A DNA stretch of 64,000 bases, taken from assembly GCF_028641065.1 (NCBI RefSeq), contig NC_073406.1, forward strand, positions 6,572,001 through 6,636,000, written 5' to 3'. Source of the DNA: Leucoraja erinacea (Eukaryota). Position 1 is the stretch's first letter. Each line of letters begins with the position of its first letter. Shown piece after piece: positions 40,691 to 55,039 of this stretch. The position numbers were made by a program, and so were the translations under genes. The notes beneath the pieces are model-generated. The model was not told the DNA's origin and made no database searches. It saw only the letters and a program-made list of their open reading frames with translations.

Positions 40691-41209
40691 TGAAACAAGA
40701 CAATCTGTACGTCCACATGGAGCACAAAGGACGAGCTCTGGTTGCAGCCCGAACTCTGGTCTGCACATCTCACCAGAAGTGAAACGTTTACAGGTTTTTT
40801 CTCTGCAGGTGCTTTCTGACCTTCGCTCAGAGGTGGGAATGCATCCACAACACATCACCCCAATATTCCCCGCGTTCAATAATTGTCACTGCTGTGTTCA
40901 CAGGCTCCCCCCAGAACCCAGAGTGCTGCGGCCACAAGGGGCGTGTTCAATCTATGGTGGATTAGATGGAAGATCGGGTAAAAACAAATGCAAGTGATAA
41001 ATGTGTTCCTAGATTGTTGAAGGCAAGAGGGGAAAGGATGGGCTGGTACACAGCACCTTGGACAGGCGGATCACTGAGTTGTAAGGCAAATTATCTGGAC
41101 AAAAGGTTTAAGAAGAAAATTAGAGCTGTATGAATTTAAAGCAACGGAGAAAAGAAGCACAAGTTCTGAGTCAAGGGGTTTGGGAAATATCCCAAAATAT
41201 GAAAGGTCC

Positions 41210-41480
41210 AAGCGCAGCACATTGGTGGAGCCTCTGCCTCACAGCGCCAGAGAACCGGGTCCCAACCAGACCTCGAGTGCGGTCTGTGTGGAGGTTGCAG
41301 CTTCTCCCTGTGACCGTGTGGGGTTTCCCCCGGGCGCTCCGGTTTCTTCCCACATCCCATGGACCCGCGGGATTGTATATTAATCTGCCGTCGTGTGTAA
41401 GGAGTGAAACAAGATAGAACTAGTGTGATCGATGGTCGGCGTGGACTCGTGGGCCGAAGGGCCTCTTTCCATACAGTATA
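41210..41480 (+). mobile_element. V-SINE (HE1-like), degenerate
   Basis: ctgtgtggaggttgca..ttctccctgtgaccgtgtgggtttcccc core and gggccgaagggcct tail. Confidence 0.7.
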
Positions 41481-41889
41481 ACTATATATGAATACAAGGA
41501 AACGAAGACATAATTAAATCGTGATTTAGCAACGAGGAGAGACAAATCCCAAAGGGAACTTCAACCACCTTGGTGTTGGAATGACGCCCTGAGAAGGTTT
41601 GCTTGAGGACAGATTGAGACCACGTGTGGGTGGTCAGGCAGCTGTTCTCGAATTTTTATAATAGGGAGAGGGGTAGGCGTGGTGGGGGAGACTCGGCTTT
41701 CATCAGAACTCCCTACACAAAGCACTTGTAATAAAGACGCTGTTAGATGTATCGAGTGGCTTCGGGGCCGGCGTAGGATTCTGTGGCAGGTCTGCACAGA
41801 CACCAGGTCCCTCTGCTCGCTACTTTCAGGAGCGCATGGAAGTCCCGTGAGTGCAGCTATTCTTGTTGCTTCGTAAACATTTTTGATTT

Positions 41890-43945
41890 CGTTTTAAAAA
41901 ATATATATATTTATTAGAAGCAAGTGTACAAAAATAACCAGCGGCATATGACACAATACAATTATTGTACAGCTTCAATTTTGATTTTTAACCATAGTTA
42001 AGAGAAAAGAAAAGAGAAAAAGCAAGAGAGAAAAAGTGGAATGTGCAAGGATAGAACCCCTATAGAACACGAGGAAAGCTGCAGGCCCCGATGGCATCTT
42101 GGGGCGAGTACTCGAGTCCTGTGCTACGCAGCTAGCTCCGGTGCTCACTGCATTATTCAACCTCACCCTGGACAAGTCCGTGGTCCCTGCCTGCTTCAAA
42201 AAATCCATCATTGTACCAGTACCAAAAAATGCCTCCCCAGCCTGTCTGAATGACTACTGTCCGGTGGCCCTTACCTCGGTAGTCATGAAATGCTTTGAGA
42301 GGCTGGTGAAGAAACACATCTGCGCCTTCCTCCCTCGCAACATGGACCCGTTGCAGTTTGCATACCGTCCGAACAGGTCCATGGACGATGGGGTCTCCCA
42401 GGTTTTGCACACCGCTCTCTCTCATCTTGACAGCCAGAAGGGGGGCTACGTGAGGATGCTGTTCATAGACTACAGTTCAGCCTTCAACACGATAGTCCCC
42501 ACCAGACTGGCCGATAAACTACTGGAATTAGGGCTCAACACCCCCCTGTGTGCCTGGGTCCTTGACTTTCTCACCGCCAGGCCCCAGGTAGCCAAGATGG
42601 GAGGGAATACATCGAAGTCCCTCACCCAGAGCACAGGATCGCCCCAGGGTTGCGTCCTCAGCCCCCTATTGTACTCCCTGTACACACATGACTGTGTGGC
42701 TAGGTTCAGCTCCAACTCAATAATTAAGTTTGCTGATGACACTGTGATGGTGGGCCTGATGTCAGACAACGATGAGAAGGCCTACCGGGAGGAGGTGGCT
42801 GATCCAGCACTCTGGTGCCAGGATAACAGCCTCCTCTTGAACATCAAAAAAACGAAAGAGCTGATCGTGGACTTTAGGAGGGTACATCATCCGAGGACGT
42901 ACACTCCATTGAGGGTAAATGGGGATACTGTGGATAGGGTGAACTGTTTCAAATATCTGGGAGTCCACATCTCTGAGGATATGACATGGGCATCACACAC
43001 CGCAGCACTCGTGAGTAAGGCAAGGCAGCGCCTTTACCACCTCAGGCAATTGAGGAAATTCAGAGTGTCTCCGAGGATCCTCCAGTGCTTCTATGCAGCG
43101 GTGGTGGATAGCATCGTGTCCAGGACAAGAAGGTTCTGCAGAGAGTAGTGCATTCGGCCAAATGCACTATGGGAACTTCACTCGCCCCCCTGCAGTAATT
43201 ATACATCAGGAGGTGCAACTCCAGAGCCAATTAAATCATGGGAGACCCCTTGCACCCCAGCAATGGACTGTTCCAGCTGCTACGGTCAGGCAAACGCCTA
43301 CGTTGCCATGCTGTGAGAACGGAGAGGTTGAGAAGGAGTTTCTTCCCAGAGGCCATTCAGACTGTAAACTCATATCTCACCAGGGACTAACTTTACTGAA
43401 CGTTTTTCCTTCCTCCCACAATATTTAAAATGTAAAAGAATATGTGATTGTGTTTATAGTTTGTTTGGTTGTTTGTCTTTTTGCACAAAAGTCCCCGAGC
43501 ATTGCCACATCTCGTATGTGTATGTGACGAATAAACTTGACTTGACTAGACCTGACCTAGACTACCAAAGTGGTGTAGCCAAAGAGTGAGTAAGTAACAG
43601 AAAGAAAAACAAAAGGTGGTGATGTACCAGCTTCATATCCCTCACCACCCACCACCCAACCCGTAATTATTTTTTAAATTAAATTTAACTCAAATTGTGT
43701 TGCACCATCCTATCCTTGTACTAAATCAATTAATGGTGACCATGTCTTCGAAAAATGCTCTGGTTTTTCTGCTGAGACAAGTTTAATATTATCAAGATGT
43801 AGCGTCTCAGACATGTTTGTAATCCACATTTTAAGAGTAGGGACGGGTGTATGTTTCCAAAATTTGAGTATTAGTTTTTTCGCCGTTATCAGGCCATAAT
43901 TGAGGAAACGTCTTTGAAATATTGATAGCTCAGAGCTATCAACAT
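41890..43945 (-). mobile_element. L1-clade LINE 3' end interrupted by the Rex1-type insertion
   Basis: 43730-43905 (minus) encodes LITAKKLILKFWKHTPVPTLKMWITNMSETLHLDNIKL...FSKTWSP, an L1 ORF2 C-terminal pattern. AATAAA and an A-rich tail lie near 41890-41915. Confidence 0.55.
42070..43560 (+). mobile_element. Rex1/Babar-type non-LTR retrotransposon, 5'-truncated RT
   Basis: 349-aa ORF with LNDYCPVALTSVVMKCFERLV, DPLQFAYRPNRS, GSPQGCVLSPLL and KFADD. It ends with aataaa(cttga)n. Confidence 0.9.
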
Positions 43946-45405
43946 TTTTGATTTCAGTGATGCAACCATGTGTTTATGTTTCTTAGCGTTGCCTATTAAA
44001 TTTCGAGAAGAAACTGTTGCGAAAGGTGTAATCTCTTCTCGGCTCTGATATAATTCATCCAGTTATTTTGTACCATGTTTAATGAAACAGTCCAGAAATG
44101 TATCATCGTGCACGTGTTTAAAGCGCCACGCGGTTTATTTCCAACTAAAAATAGTTTGTGAAACCCAATGGGGAAACTAGACCAAAAAACACAAAGGGCT
44201 GGAGTAGAGGAAACACAATTCAACAGTCAGGCAGCATTTCTGGAGATTCTTTGTGCAGGTCGTGATCAACCAATTTGAACGCCACAAACATGAACTTCAT
44301 CATGGAGTGGATCTCACGATTCATGTGTAGTTTCCATATTGCGAAACATATTGCGAATCATTGGCACAACATCCTCTACACACGTAATAGTGAGGCCTTT
44401 GACGACTGCAAAGTGTTTGAGACCGCTGTTGGTTTCACTTGATCAAGTAACCACACAGCTCCTTGCAGAACGATCATGATAGTCACCGTCATGCTCGCCT
44501 TGCCTTTACGAGTGCTTTCTGAATCTCTGACTTTATACATTAAATTATTTCACAGCTGCTACTGGGATCCAAACACAATTTGATTTACAATCTTGAATTT
44601 CTGCCATGAGATCTCTGCTGCCTGCTTAATTTATTTTCTCTTGTATACTAAGATTATGTTGAAGGTGTTGAGTTTCACTCAGGTAAGATAGAATAAAGTT
44701 TACCATTACATTGTTCCATACTCGAGGAGACTAATCTGTGAAGAAAATGTCATGTTTTGTAACGGAGCAATTCGGTTGTAGGAATCTGAGATAAAATAAT
44801 CACGTGGAATTTCATTGTATGAAGTGTTTGAGTGGCCAGTGTAAAGGCAGCATAACCTTGGAAGTAAATGTAGCTTCCCCTGACCTGGGAGTGTTTGGCA
44901 GGCTTCAAGGATTTCAATTCATTCTGGCTCCAGGAGTGATGCCAGGAATCTAGGGAGCTGCTAATGTTTTCAACGTTAAGTCTTTAAACTTTCAAACGTT
45001 TTAACTTTAAATGTAAAGAAGAGTCCAGAACTGAAAGGTCACCTATCCATGTTCTCCACAGATGCTGCCTGAGTTACTCCAGCACATTGTGTTTTTTCAC
45101 TCGAGTCTCCAGCATCTGCAGTTCCATATGTCTAATGTTTCATCATATTATTCCAGGTGAGTTCATTTAACTTTGATACTGATTAAATTATTGTGATCCA
45201 TTCTAAGGGATAGTAATACCCTTTATTTATTGAGGCATTAGGGAACAGTCAGCATAGGTTTGTTAAGGGAAGTTCTTGTGTGAGAAACATGATTGAATTC
45301 TTTAATAATGAGTCATCAGTGAAGTAAGTGAATTGATGTTGTGTGTATGGATTTCAGCAAGGAAAGTAACAATTTGCCACAATGAGCTGGACAAAACAAC
45401 ATTTA

Positions 45406-45438
<33 letters not shown>

Positions 45439-46699
45439 CATCAACTAGAGAGTGGCAAAGTGACAAATTTATGTGGATAATGACAAGAGGTTCTACCTTG
45501 CATTTGGATGGAGTGGAGGGGAGATTTTTCTGCATTTGCCTCTAGTGTACTCCCCCTTTCTGCCTAAAATGCAAAGTATTTCTCTCCCCAATATGACTAA
45601 CCTTTTCGAAGAAGCATAGATGGGTTACAGATAAGATAGTCAGATGCTTTTTTCACAGGATGGAAATATTCAATGCACGGTGGGTGGCAAGTGTCTGGAA
45701 CATGCTGCCAGGTGTAATGATTGAGGCAGATACAATAGTGCCATTTAAGAGACTTTCGGATAGGCACATGGATATGCAGGGAATGGACATGTATGGATTA
45801 CCTGCAGGCAGATAAAAAGTTAGTTTTGGCATTGTGTTCAGCACAGGCATTGTGGGCCGAATGGCCTGTTCCTGTGGTGTACTCTTTTATGTTCTATGAA
45901 TGAAACATTTACAAAATATCTGGGTTTAGAAATAAAAGCTCCCAAGTGGCTCTGATCTGATTCAAAACTGGGTGTAGACTTTGGTGTTGACATCAAAAGG
46001 CTTGTGGGTCTGACACAAGGAGTGAAAAATTGCCATTTAGAATGATATGTTTCAATGATCAGGGAGAACCCATTATAGCAGTTACCACATTAATAAAGGC
46101 TATTTCCACAAGAATGAAAAATATCTGTTGGCATTAATGGTAAGTCACTGTCGATTAGGAGGTGATTTAAATCCTCACTGACACTTTTAACTCTGTCAAA
46201 CTTTGAAGAGGTTGAATTGTGATTTATTGCTTATGACAAAATCAATTTGATCAAATCTGATTTTAAGTTCTGGTCTGCCATCTCATGTTAGATTTGCATG
46301 TTTATCTGTGGTGGATATATAATGGTGTTGATCTGGCTTCTAATCATATTAGCCATCATAGATAAACATTAAATAATTTGTTTATTGCTCAAGGAGCTCC
46401 TGGCATATTTAATTTCTACATTAGAGCAGAGTTTAGTTTGACCTCGGCAAGATGTTAACCCACAAAACTATTGGTGTTCCTCTTGCCCAGAAACATCAAT
46501 TGGTGGCCCCCTGTTCGGACTATTGTGGCTTTGAAAGTTTAGACTGGTCCACAAACATTGGTCTCAGATATTGCATTTGGTTCCATGGTCCATGGGTTGG
46601 ATATTTTTGCTAATGAAGTTTTTAATGGTTTTGCTGAATTATAATGGTCTGCTGGAGCGTGTAACATGGTAACAGATCTCGGGTGTGGTCTCACCAATA

Positions 46700-47268
46700 C
46701 AGGGTATTGGTGAGACCACACCTGGAGTACTGTGTACAGTTTTGGTCTCCAAATCTGAGGAAAGACATTCTTGCCACAGAGAAGGTTCACCAGACTGATG
46801 CCTGGGATGTCAGGACTTTCATATGAAGAAAGACTGGATAGACTCGGCTTGTACTCGCTAGAATTTAGAAGATTGAGGGGGGATCTTATAGAAACTTACA
46901 AAATTCTTAAGGGGTTGGACAGGCTAGATGCAGGAAGATTGTTCCCGATGTTGGGGAAGTCCAGGACAAGGGGCCACAGTTTAAGGATAAAGGGGAAATC
47001 CTTTAGGATCGAAATGAAAAAAACATTTTTCACACAGAGAGTGGTGAATCTCTGGAACTCTCTGCCACAGAGGGTAGTTGAGGCCAGTTCATTGGCTATA
47101 TTTAAGAGGGAGTTGGATGTGGCCCTTGTGGCTAAAGGGATCGGGGGTATGGAGAGAAGGCAGGTACAGGATACTGAGTTGGATGTTCAGCCATGATCAT
47201 ATTGAATGGTGGTGCAGGCTTGAAGGGCCGAATGGCCTACTCCTGCACCTAGTTTCTTTGTTTCTATC
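46700..47268 (+). mobile_element. Young CR1 3' fragment
   Basis: [44 protein letters not shown]... plus 3' UTR. Confidence 0.9.
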
Positions 47269-48982
47269 TCTGTGGCAGACAAAAATGCTGGAGAAAGTCA
47301 GCAGGTGAGGCAGCATCTATGGAGCAAAGGAATAGGTGATGTTTCGGGTCCAGCATTTTTGTCTACCTTCATTTTTCCAGCAGTTCTTTCTTAATCATCT
47401 CTGTGGCACATCTTGCATCTTATCTGTGTTCCATGTCATTGTTTTTGCAAACATCTCTTATCCAGCCCAACAAGTTACACCTGACTCCACCACCCATCAC
47501 AATAAATCTGGGCCCTTCACCATCTATATTTCAGAGTGGCTGGGGAAGGGGTGGATTTGCTGATTCAACTTACTGCTGAAACAAAACCATCTGCCGGAAC
47601 GAAGGTCTGCGTTCAACAATGGCCCAGGAATTAGCTTTAGAAAAGCAAATTGTTTGTTTTAATTGAATGCAGAGAACATGGGGCCTGAAGAGATTTGCCC
47701 CTTTGAACATATTCAGCCATTCATATGATAAAAACTATATCTGAACTGCATGCACTTGGTTTTATTGTACCCCTTAATAACTCTAAAATCTGCCAATTTC
47801 GAGTAAAAAGTGTTTAATTGTCATATGTACTAACAACGGAACAATAAAATTCTTACTTACAGCAGCTCAACTGACCCATTGATGCAATTCACACAGATAA
47901 ATATCATCAAACAATTCAATAAATGAATAACCATAATACTCGTGCAAAAAAAAATCCCAGTCTGTAGAGCAGAACAAACACAGTCCATTAAAGTTCAGAG
48001 TTGCTCAGGTTAGTTTTAAATCTTTGTTGCTCTTCAGTGAACAGCCAGCTTCGCAGCTTTCTAAGGGAGATCCAGGTTGGTATAATCCTTACAAAGAAAT
48101 ATTTCCCCCTGTCATCACTCTCAAGGATTTGCCTCTCCTGAATAAAACGTTTCTCGTAATATGCTTCAGCCACTCATCATATTAGACAACTCTATAGAGT
48201 CATCCTGTAATGTTTAGTTTTCGGGGAAGTACAGAGAGACTGCTGGGTCAATGAGATAGGCCAGGCGTTCTCCTAGAAGGGGTAGGAAAGATGGTTTGGC
48301 TTGCTGCTGTGGGAGAGATGGCGATGGGGTAGAGAGGCTAAGAAGCTGTGCAAGTCAAGAGAACCTTGGACCTACAGCAATGGACGGAGTGGGTTAAGGC
48401 AGTGATCTGAAGAGTCGGGAATGGTAGAAAGAAAAACGAGGGGAAAGAAAGAAGGGTGTGGGATCAAAGAATTTCCTGCACAGGTGACAAACATTCAAAT
48501 CCATACTGGCTCTTTGGGAAGCACTGGTCAATTTAATCTGACTCCTGTGCCCTTTACCCATTTTCTGCATTTTATTTTCCTTTCAGTTATTTATCTAAAT
48601 CCCTTTCAAAAGATGCTGTTGAATCTGCATCCATTACTCATTTAGGCTGTACATACCAAGTCAGACTACCTTCAGTCATTTCTAATCTACATTCTCCGTC
48701 ACCGACCACGTTATCCATTTTATCCAAATCCATAATTGTGAATATCTCCACCAAGTACTTCCTCCGTCATCTCTGTGCTCCGAGGCAGTCAATATCTGTC
48801 ACTGACACTTTTAAACCAGAAAGAAAGAAGTTGGCACATTCTTGTACCAATTTATTAATTGTCTGGACGTGTATGTTAATCTTAAACCTGTTCTGACGTG
48901 ATATACTCATGGAGTAGCTGTCAGTTTGGGTCACTGGAGAGTGATAGAGAGCAGAACCTTGACTGGTTTCTTCCATACTTAC

Positions 48983-49067
48983 CCAAGGCCACAGCAAGCA
49001 GTTTCAACGTGTTTAGAGCAGATGGACCAGAGGTCTTGGAAGCTGTTGGTCGTGGTCTGGAGGTAAC
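48983..49067 (-). pseudogene. Exon-like block (G)YLQTTTNSFQDLWSICSKHVETACCGL, phase 1 to 2
   Basis: attgcttctgcag| ... |gtaagt; 85 nt and open. It resembles the ErbB GYL...DL exon of the second L domain. Confidence 0.45.
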
Positions 49068-49189
49068 CTGCAGAAGCAATATTTCAATGAAGGATGAGCG
49101 ATAACAGGACAAGGGAGAAGGTGGAAGCCATTAGGAGAGATTTATTCAAATAGAAATGAGATTGCTTTCTTCCAGAAAATAACATCTTG

Positions 49190-49790
49190 TGAGTATAGAA
49201 GTTGGGATGTAATGTTAAAATTGTACAAGGCATTGGTGAGGCCAATTCTGGAGTATGGTGTACAATTTTGGTCACCTAATTATAGGAAGGATGTCAACAA
49301 AATAGAGAGAGTACAGAGGAGATTTACTAGAATGTTGCTTGGGTTTCAGCAACTAAGTTACAGAGAAAGGTTGAACAAGTTAGGACTTTATTCTTTGGAG
49401 CGCAGAAGGTTAAGGGGGGACTTGATAGAGGCCTTTAAAATGATGAGAGGGATAGACAGAGTTGACGTGGATAAGCTTTTCCCACTGAGAGTAGGGAAGA
49501 TTCAAACAAGGACATGACTTGAGAATGAAGGGACAGAAGTTTAGGGGTAACATGAGGGGGAACTTCTTTACTCGGAGAGTGGTAGCTGTGTGGAATGAGC
49601 TTCCAGTGGAGGTGGTGGAGGCAGGTTCGATTTTATCATTTAAAAATAAATTGGATCGTTATATGGACGGGAAAGGAATGGAAGGTTATGGTCTGAGTGT
49701 AGGTAGATGGGACTAGGGGAGAATAAGTGTTCGGCACGGCATGGACTATTAGGGCCGAGTTGGCCTGTTTCCGTGCTGTAATTGTTATAT
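49190..49790 (+). mobile_element. CR1 3' fragment (second subfamily)
   Basis: LYKALVRPILEYGVQFWSP...ERVQRRFTRM...; the 3' tail also occurs at ~24790-24860. Confidence 0.9.
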
Positions 49791-50007
49791 GGAAAATGGT
49801 TTAAGACACAACATGTGGTCTTGGGGGGGGGGGGGGGGGGGGGGGGAACAAGCAGGGGAACTTGGACCTTTGATTCCCCATTGATAGCTTTCCCTCCCTC
49901 ATGCCTGTGTGGATGGTCAATTTGATATAGATGGATTGCATGATTGATAATATCCCTTCTTTGTCGTATCACACGACAGACAGAAACTGAATGTGATCGA
50001 TTCTAAC

Positions 50008-50156
50008 CTTTTGCCTGGGGCTTCCGTTTTGTTTGTGCCCCAAGTGTAACTGGGCAGTGTAGCTGAAGGCAAGAAGCTGAGCTGACTCTACCAGTCTGGT
50101 CTATACCGGTTGCACCCACACAGGTTATACAGTCACTTGATTTAACCAGAGCTATT
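50008..50156 (-). pseudogene. Cys-rich exon-like block IALVKSSDCITCVG...SCLQLHC..., phase 2 to 1
   Basis: ttacactgcag| ... g|gttag; 149 nt, open, and phase-compatible with 48983-49067. Confidence 0.4.
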
Positions 50157-51124
50157 CTGCAGTGTAATTTCTGGGTCATGACTAAATAAAACTGGATAAC
50201 TTGCAAATTATCTTCTAAATCTAGGTGTGGTTGAAAAAAACCAAGAGTGTGGGCAAAGCCAAGTGATAACAATGTTCTTAATCCAGTGACTGTCATTCAA
50301 AGGAATTATGGTTAAGACCTAATTCTAAAGAACTATTGCAATGTCTCTCAGTGCTTAGAAACCATAGCAGAACATTCCAATAAACAGTTCTCATAGCAAA
50401 CTTCAATGTAACAGAATATTTTCATTTATAATATACAAATAGACGAGGAATTGATTTTAACAATAATTTACCTGCTAAGTACAGACATAAATGACCAGGA
50501 TGTTGCAAGTGGAACATATTTTTAAGCTTTGTCAAGCCTTTCTTTAGTTGTTTATATAGTCCTAGATACAGAAGCTAAACCAGAGACTAATTGTGTGACG
50601 TGTGTGTTGTATGCACAGTAATGATTCCACGTTGAGGAATGTACAAGAAATCTATTTTCCATTGTCTGTGGATAGGTGTAGATAGAAACCGTGCCTGCTT
50701 CACTGAAAACATTTAGTGATTATTGTCAACCTTCCTCGGGCTCCGATCTCTCTGACTCGCTCTGGTGGATTACTGTCTTGTAAGTGTATTTGGTGTGCTC
50801 TGGGCTCTCCTGAACTTCCCTCATTTTCCTTTCCAATTTATCCGGGGGGGGGGGGGGGGGGGGTCACTCTGCATCTGCCTCTGCCTCGTGTTTCCCCATA
50901 ACCATTGTACATCAGCTTCAAATCATCCACTCATTTGATCCCTCTCATTATTGAACGTAAAAAGGTTGGGGTTACAAACTCTGATTCATTTGTCTAATTT
51001 GTAGGCATTGCACAGATGTAAAGCAAACTATAGTACATAACTGGACTAAGGCAGACTGATAGTCTCAGAATGGCAGCTGCTACCTAAAATAGGCACTAAG
51101 CCACTCACCTGGCACAACCCTTTA

Positions 51125-51530
51125 CAGCATTGATGTACAGAGGGATCTTGGTGTCCAAGTTTATAGCTTCCTGAAAGTGGCGACACAAATAGATAGAGTG
51201 GTGAAGAACGAGTACGATGCGCTTCCCTTCATTGGTCAGGGCATTGAGTACAAGAATCAGGAAGTCATGGTGTGGCTTTATAGGACTTTGATGAGGCTGC
51301 ATTTGGAGTATTGTGCGCAGTTTGGGTCACCCAAACTGGGAAGGATGTATAGGCTTTGGAGAGGATGCACAAGGAATTTACCAAGAAGCTGCTTGGATTT
51401 CAGGGTTTAGCTGGAAGGAGAGTTTGGACAAACCTGGATTATTTTATCTAGTGGCAAAAGCAGAGGATAGACCTGATAAAAGTGTAGAATATTATGAGAG
51501 GCTTAGATGGGGTAAACAGTAGGAATATTT
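51125..51530 (+). mobile_element. Degenerate CR1 fragment
   Basis: GIEYKNQEVM.WLYRTLMRLHLEYCAQF.SP motif. Confidence 0.75.
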
Positions 51531-53702
51531 TAGAATATAGTAGAAATGTTTTTATAACCCAGGTAATCTAAAGAGGTGAGGCTTGTTCTGGGATTGCTGT
51601 TCAGGCAGCCCCTGAGTATCCCTTGCACAAACCGCTGTTAGTTAACGTAGGTGATACAAAAAAAATTGCAAGGAAACTGGTTTGATGGCATTTATTACGA
51701 GGAATTTAGTAAAAGAATTAGAAATTCCTTGATGCATTTATATTGAGCAGGTCTGATCTCCCTACTTCAGGAAGATTGCACTTGCAATGTAGAAGTACTT
51801 GATTATAGTGCCGGAAGAGGGGTATTATTTCAGTCTTGAGTAAGGAAGACCGTGAGGTGATCACATTGAAATGTATACCTGTACACCATCTTTATTATGT
51901 ACTGAAGAAGGGTCTCGCCACGAAATGTCACCCATTCCTTATCTCTAGTGATGCTGCTTGTCCCGCTGAGTAACTCCAGCATTTTGTGTCTACCTTTGAT
52001 TTAAACCAGCAAATGCAGTTCTCTCCAACACATGGGAAGTTTGGCATGTCCCCTCCAACTTTCACAAACTTCTACAGATGCCACATAGAAAGCATTTCAT
52101 CAGGATGCATCACAAATTTGTTTAGGAACAGCTCCATCCAAGCCAACATGATACACGTGACAATGAACTGAATTGAGGGTTTGGACGGATATTGGCCAAG
52201 TCGAGAGTGTTTAGTTGTCATTGACACCGAAACGGAACAATGAAATTCTTACTTTCAGCAGCTTAACAGTAGTAAATAACTAAGTATTCAATAGATAACA
52301 TTTTAAACAAACAAAAAAAGTTCAATAAATAAAATACAAAACAAAAGCCTGAAGTCCCTAGTGCAACCAAGAAGGTTTGTACTTCTACATTTAGTTTGTA
52401 GTGTTCAAGAGCATGATGGTTGTTGAGAACTTTAATCAGACTTTACTGAACTTTATCTTGCACTCCACGTTATTCCCTTTATTCTGCAGCTGTACACTGT
52501 GGACGGCTTGAGTGTAATCGTGTATAGTCTTTTTTGCTGACAGGATAACACGCAACAAAAAATACTATTACGTTACCTCGGTACACATGACAATAATAAA
52601 CTAAACTAAAGCTGTTCCTGAAGCTGGAGGTGATGGTTTTCAGACGTCCATACCTTCTTCCTGATGGTAGGATTGAAATGAGAGCATAGCCAGGGTGGTT
52701 TTAAAATCTTATAACCATTTAAAAATCTGTTTGTTTTTTTTAAAGCATTTTAAAATCTGCAACAACTGCCTGGTACAGGAGTAAACTTGACCAGTTTAAA
52801 TTGATCCCATGAAGAACAGATATTTTAAGTCAGATGTTTTAATTATCATACGTATGGTTGCCGGGAAGAAGCTGGTCTTGAACCTGGTGGTCCAGTTTTC
52901 AGGCTCTTGTACCTTCTTCCCAATTGTAGTAGTGAGATGGGAGCATGGCCAGGATGGTGTGGGAATTTAATTATATTGGCTATGTCTTTTTAGAATTGTT
53001 ATATGGTAAAACTCAATTACTGGAGTTTGATGAGGTAGAGTACTGGCAGGAAGTCGTTGCATTGATAAAAATGTCTTGAAACATTGGCCATTGGGATCAT
53101 TGTGCTAAATTACTCCGGATACCGATAAGGAGAAATGTGGGGTGTGATCCTGGATGTTACTCTTTGTAAAATGCTCTTTGTCAGGTTTGGACAATGCAGG
53201 TCTTCCCAGAAAGGGGCAGCAAGTAACTCCTGAAAAGGATTTCTCTGCTGGAGCAGTTACTATTACCAACCATTATCTTGTGTTTTCAGTGATGCAACTT
53301 AGAACATAGAACCGTACAGCAGAGGAACAGTATCTTCAGCCCACAAAGTTGTATGCTGAGCATGGTGCCTAGACCAACCCCCATCTACCTGTACATAATC
53401 CATATCCCTCCAATCCATGCATATCCAGTGATGTAATAGGGAATCAAGTGGAAGTGTAAGAGCGAATGACAGCTGAGTGATGGACCTCTGAGCCAGGAAA
53501 CTGTGCAGTGACCCACCAACTCTCCCAAAGAGTTAACGAAGATCTACCCACATGGGGTAGACTGGGACTGGCTGCTGAAGGTTCCCCCAAGTCGGGGTGG
53601 GGGGGTGGGGGGAGGTAAATGGAGGAAGAGAGCCCGAAGGATTGGACAAGGGGAGGGCGCTAAGGAAGAGGATATGAATAACATCACATGACCTGTGTGT
53701 CT

Positions 53703-53927
53703 TTATGTGTGGGTTGCCATGCATGTGCCCTGCGTCTTATCTCCAATTGTGTAAGACCACATGCTAAGAGCTTGCGTGGCCAAGTCAGTGTGGTTACTGA
53801 AGTCCAATAGCCATCCAGTATAGTTAGAAATCACTAGCACCTTCTTGAAGCTGGGCTGGTTGTGAGTCATCTCAAGCATGTGACACTGCCAAGGACCAGA
53901 AAAATACTTCCCAAACGAATAGACCAT
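53703..53927 (-). pseudogene. L-domain-like block FKKVLVISNYTGWLLDFSNHTDL
   Basis: ORF-track 53703-53927; resembles EGFR domain III [23 protein letters not shown]. Confidence 0.4.
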
Positions 53928-55039
53928 TTATAATTAATGGCTTTTTGGCAATTCGAGCAAGATTTTTCTTTGAACATTTATTCTTTATCTCCACTTTTGT
54001 GTACATGATACAACAATGCCCCATTTACTGCCTGGCCTTTGCCAATGTTTGGCAATTAAATTGGTTTAATGAACTGAAAGACAGGATTACACTTTGATCC
54101 CTTCCTGACAACTGTTGAAAAGGTCAACAAGTGAATGGAGTTTGAAATTGTTTATTTCAGGTAGTGCAGGGCCAACAATGACTTAAAATGTTGGAACGGC
54201 ATAATTGCACAATCTTGAATCTCGTAATGGCCTTACTCATAGTCATGGAGCTATACTGCATGGAAACGCCTTGCACGTTTTCATGGATGCTCTCAAACTT
54301 TTTTTTCCCTTTCAGGACAGCTAGAATCGTTCAAGAGGTTCTATCAGCAACTGAGGGTTCTATCAGCTGTCTGAGTTAGAAGGTCAAGGCCTTGAATTCT
54401 ACTGTAGAGAAATGGGGCCATATTCAGGCGAACCTTTCCGAGCATTTTCAGGGTGTGCTGCATTCTCAACGACACCAGTTTTGGATGCAATGTTATACTG
54501 ATGCTTAGTCCAACTGGTTCATGTCGACCATGATGCTCTTTCTAAGCTTGTGCCCTCTGGCACGTATCCCTGCAATCCTCTCCTATCCGTGTACCTATCC
54601 AAATGTCTTTTAAACATTGTTATTATTTCTGCCACAACTACTTCCTCTGCTACCTTGTTCCATCTATCCACCACCCGCAATGTGGATAAAATGGCCACTC
54701 GGGCTCATTCCCCTCACCTTAACCTATACCCTCTAGATCATGATTCTCCTGCTCTGAAGATGTTATATCAATAAAAGTTGATTTTTCCCATTACCTAGCA
54801 TTGTAGGACCATGATATTAGGTTTGCGTTAAATTTGTGTGAAAAGTACTTGCAAGATGTTATTTGTCTTTGCATATTGGTTTATAATAATTTTAAGATTA
54901 ACTCAATATAAAATATTTAAAATTACTTATGACTTAATTTTTCATGTGACGATAAACAACTCTTAAACTTGTTTTTTTAAAAAAGATTTTTTTAAACTGA
55001 ATAGACATTTCTATCTGCCCCCGCCCCCCCCCGCCCAGC

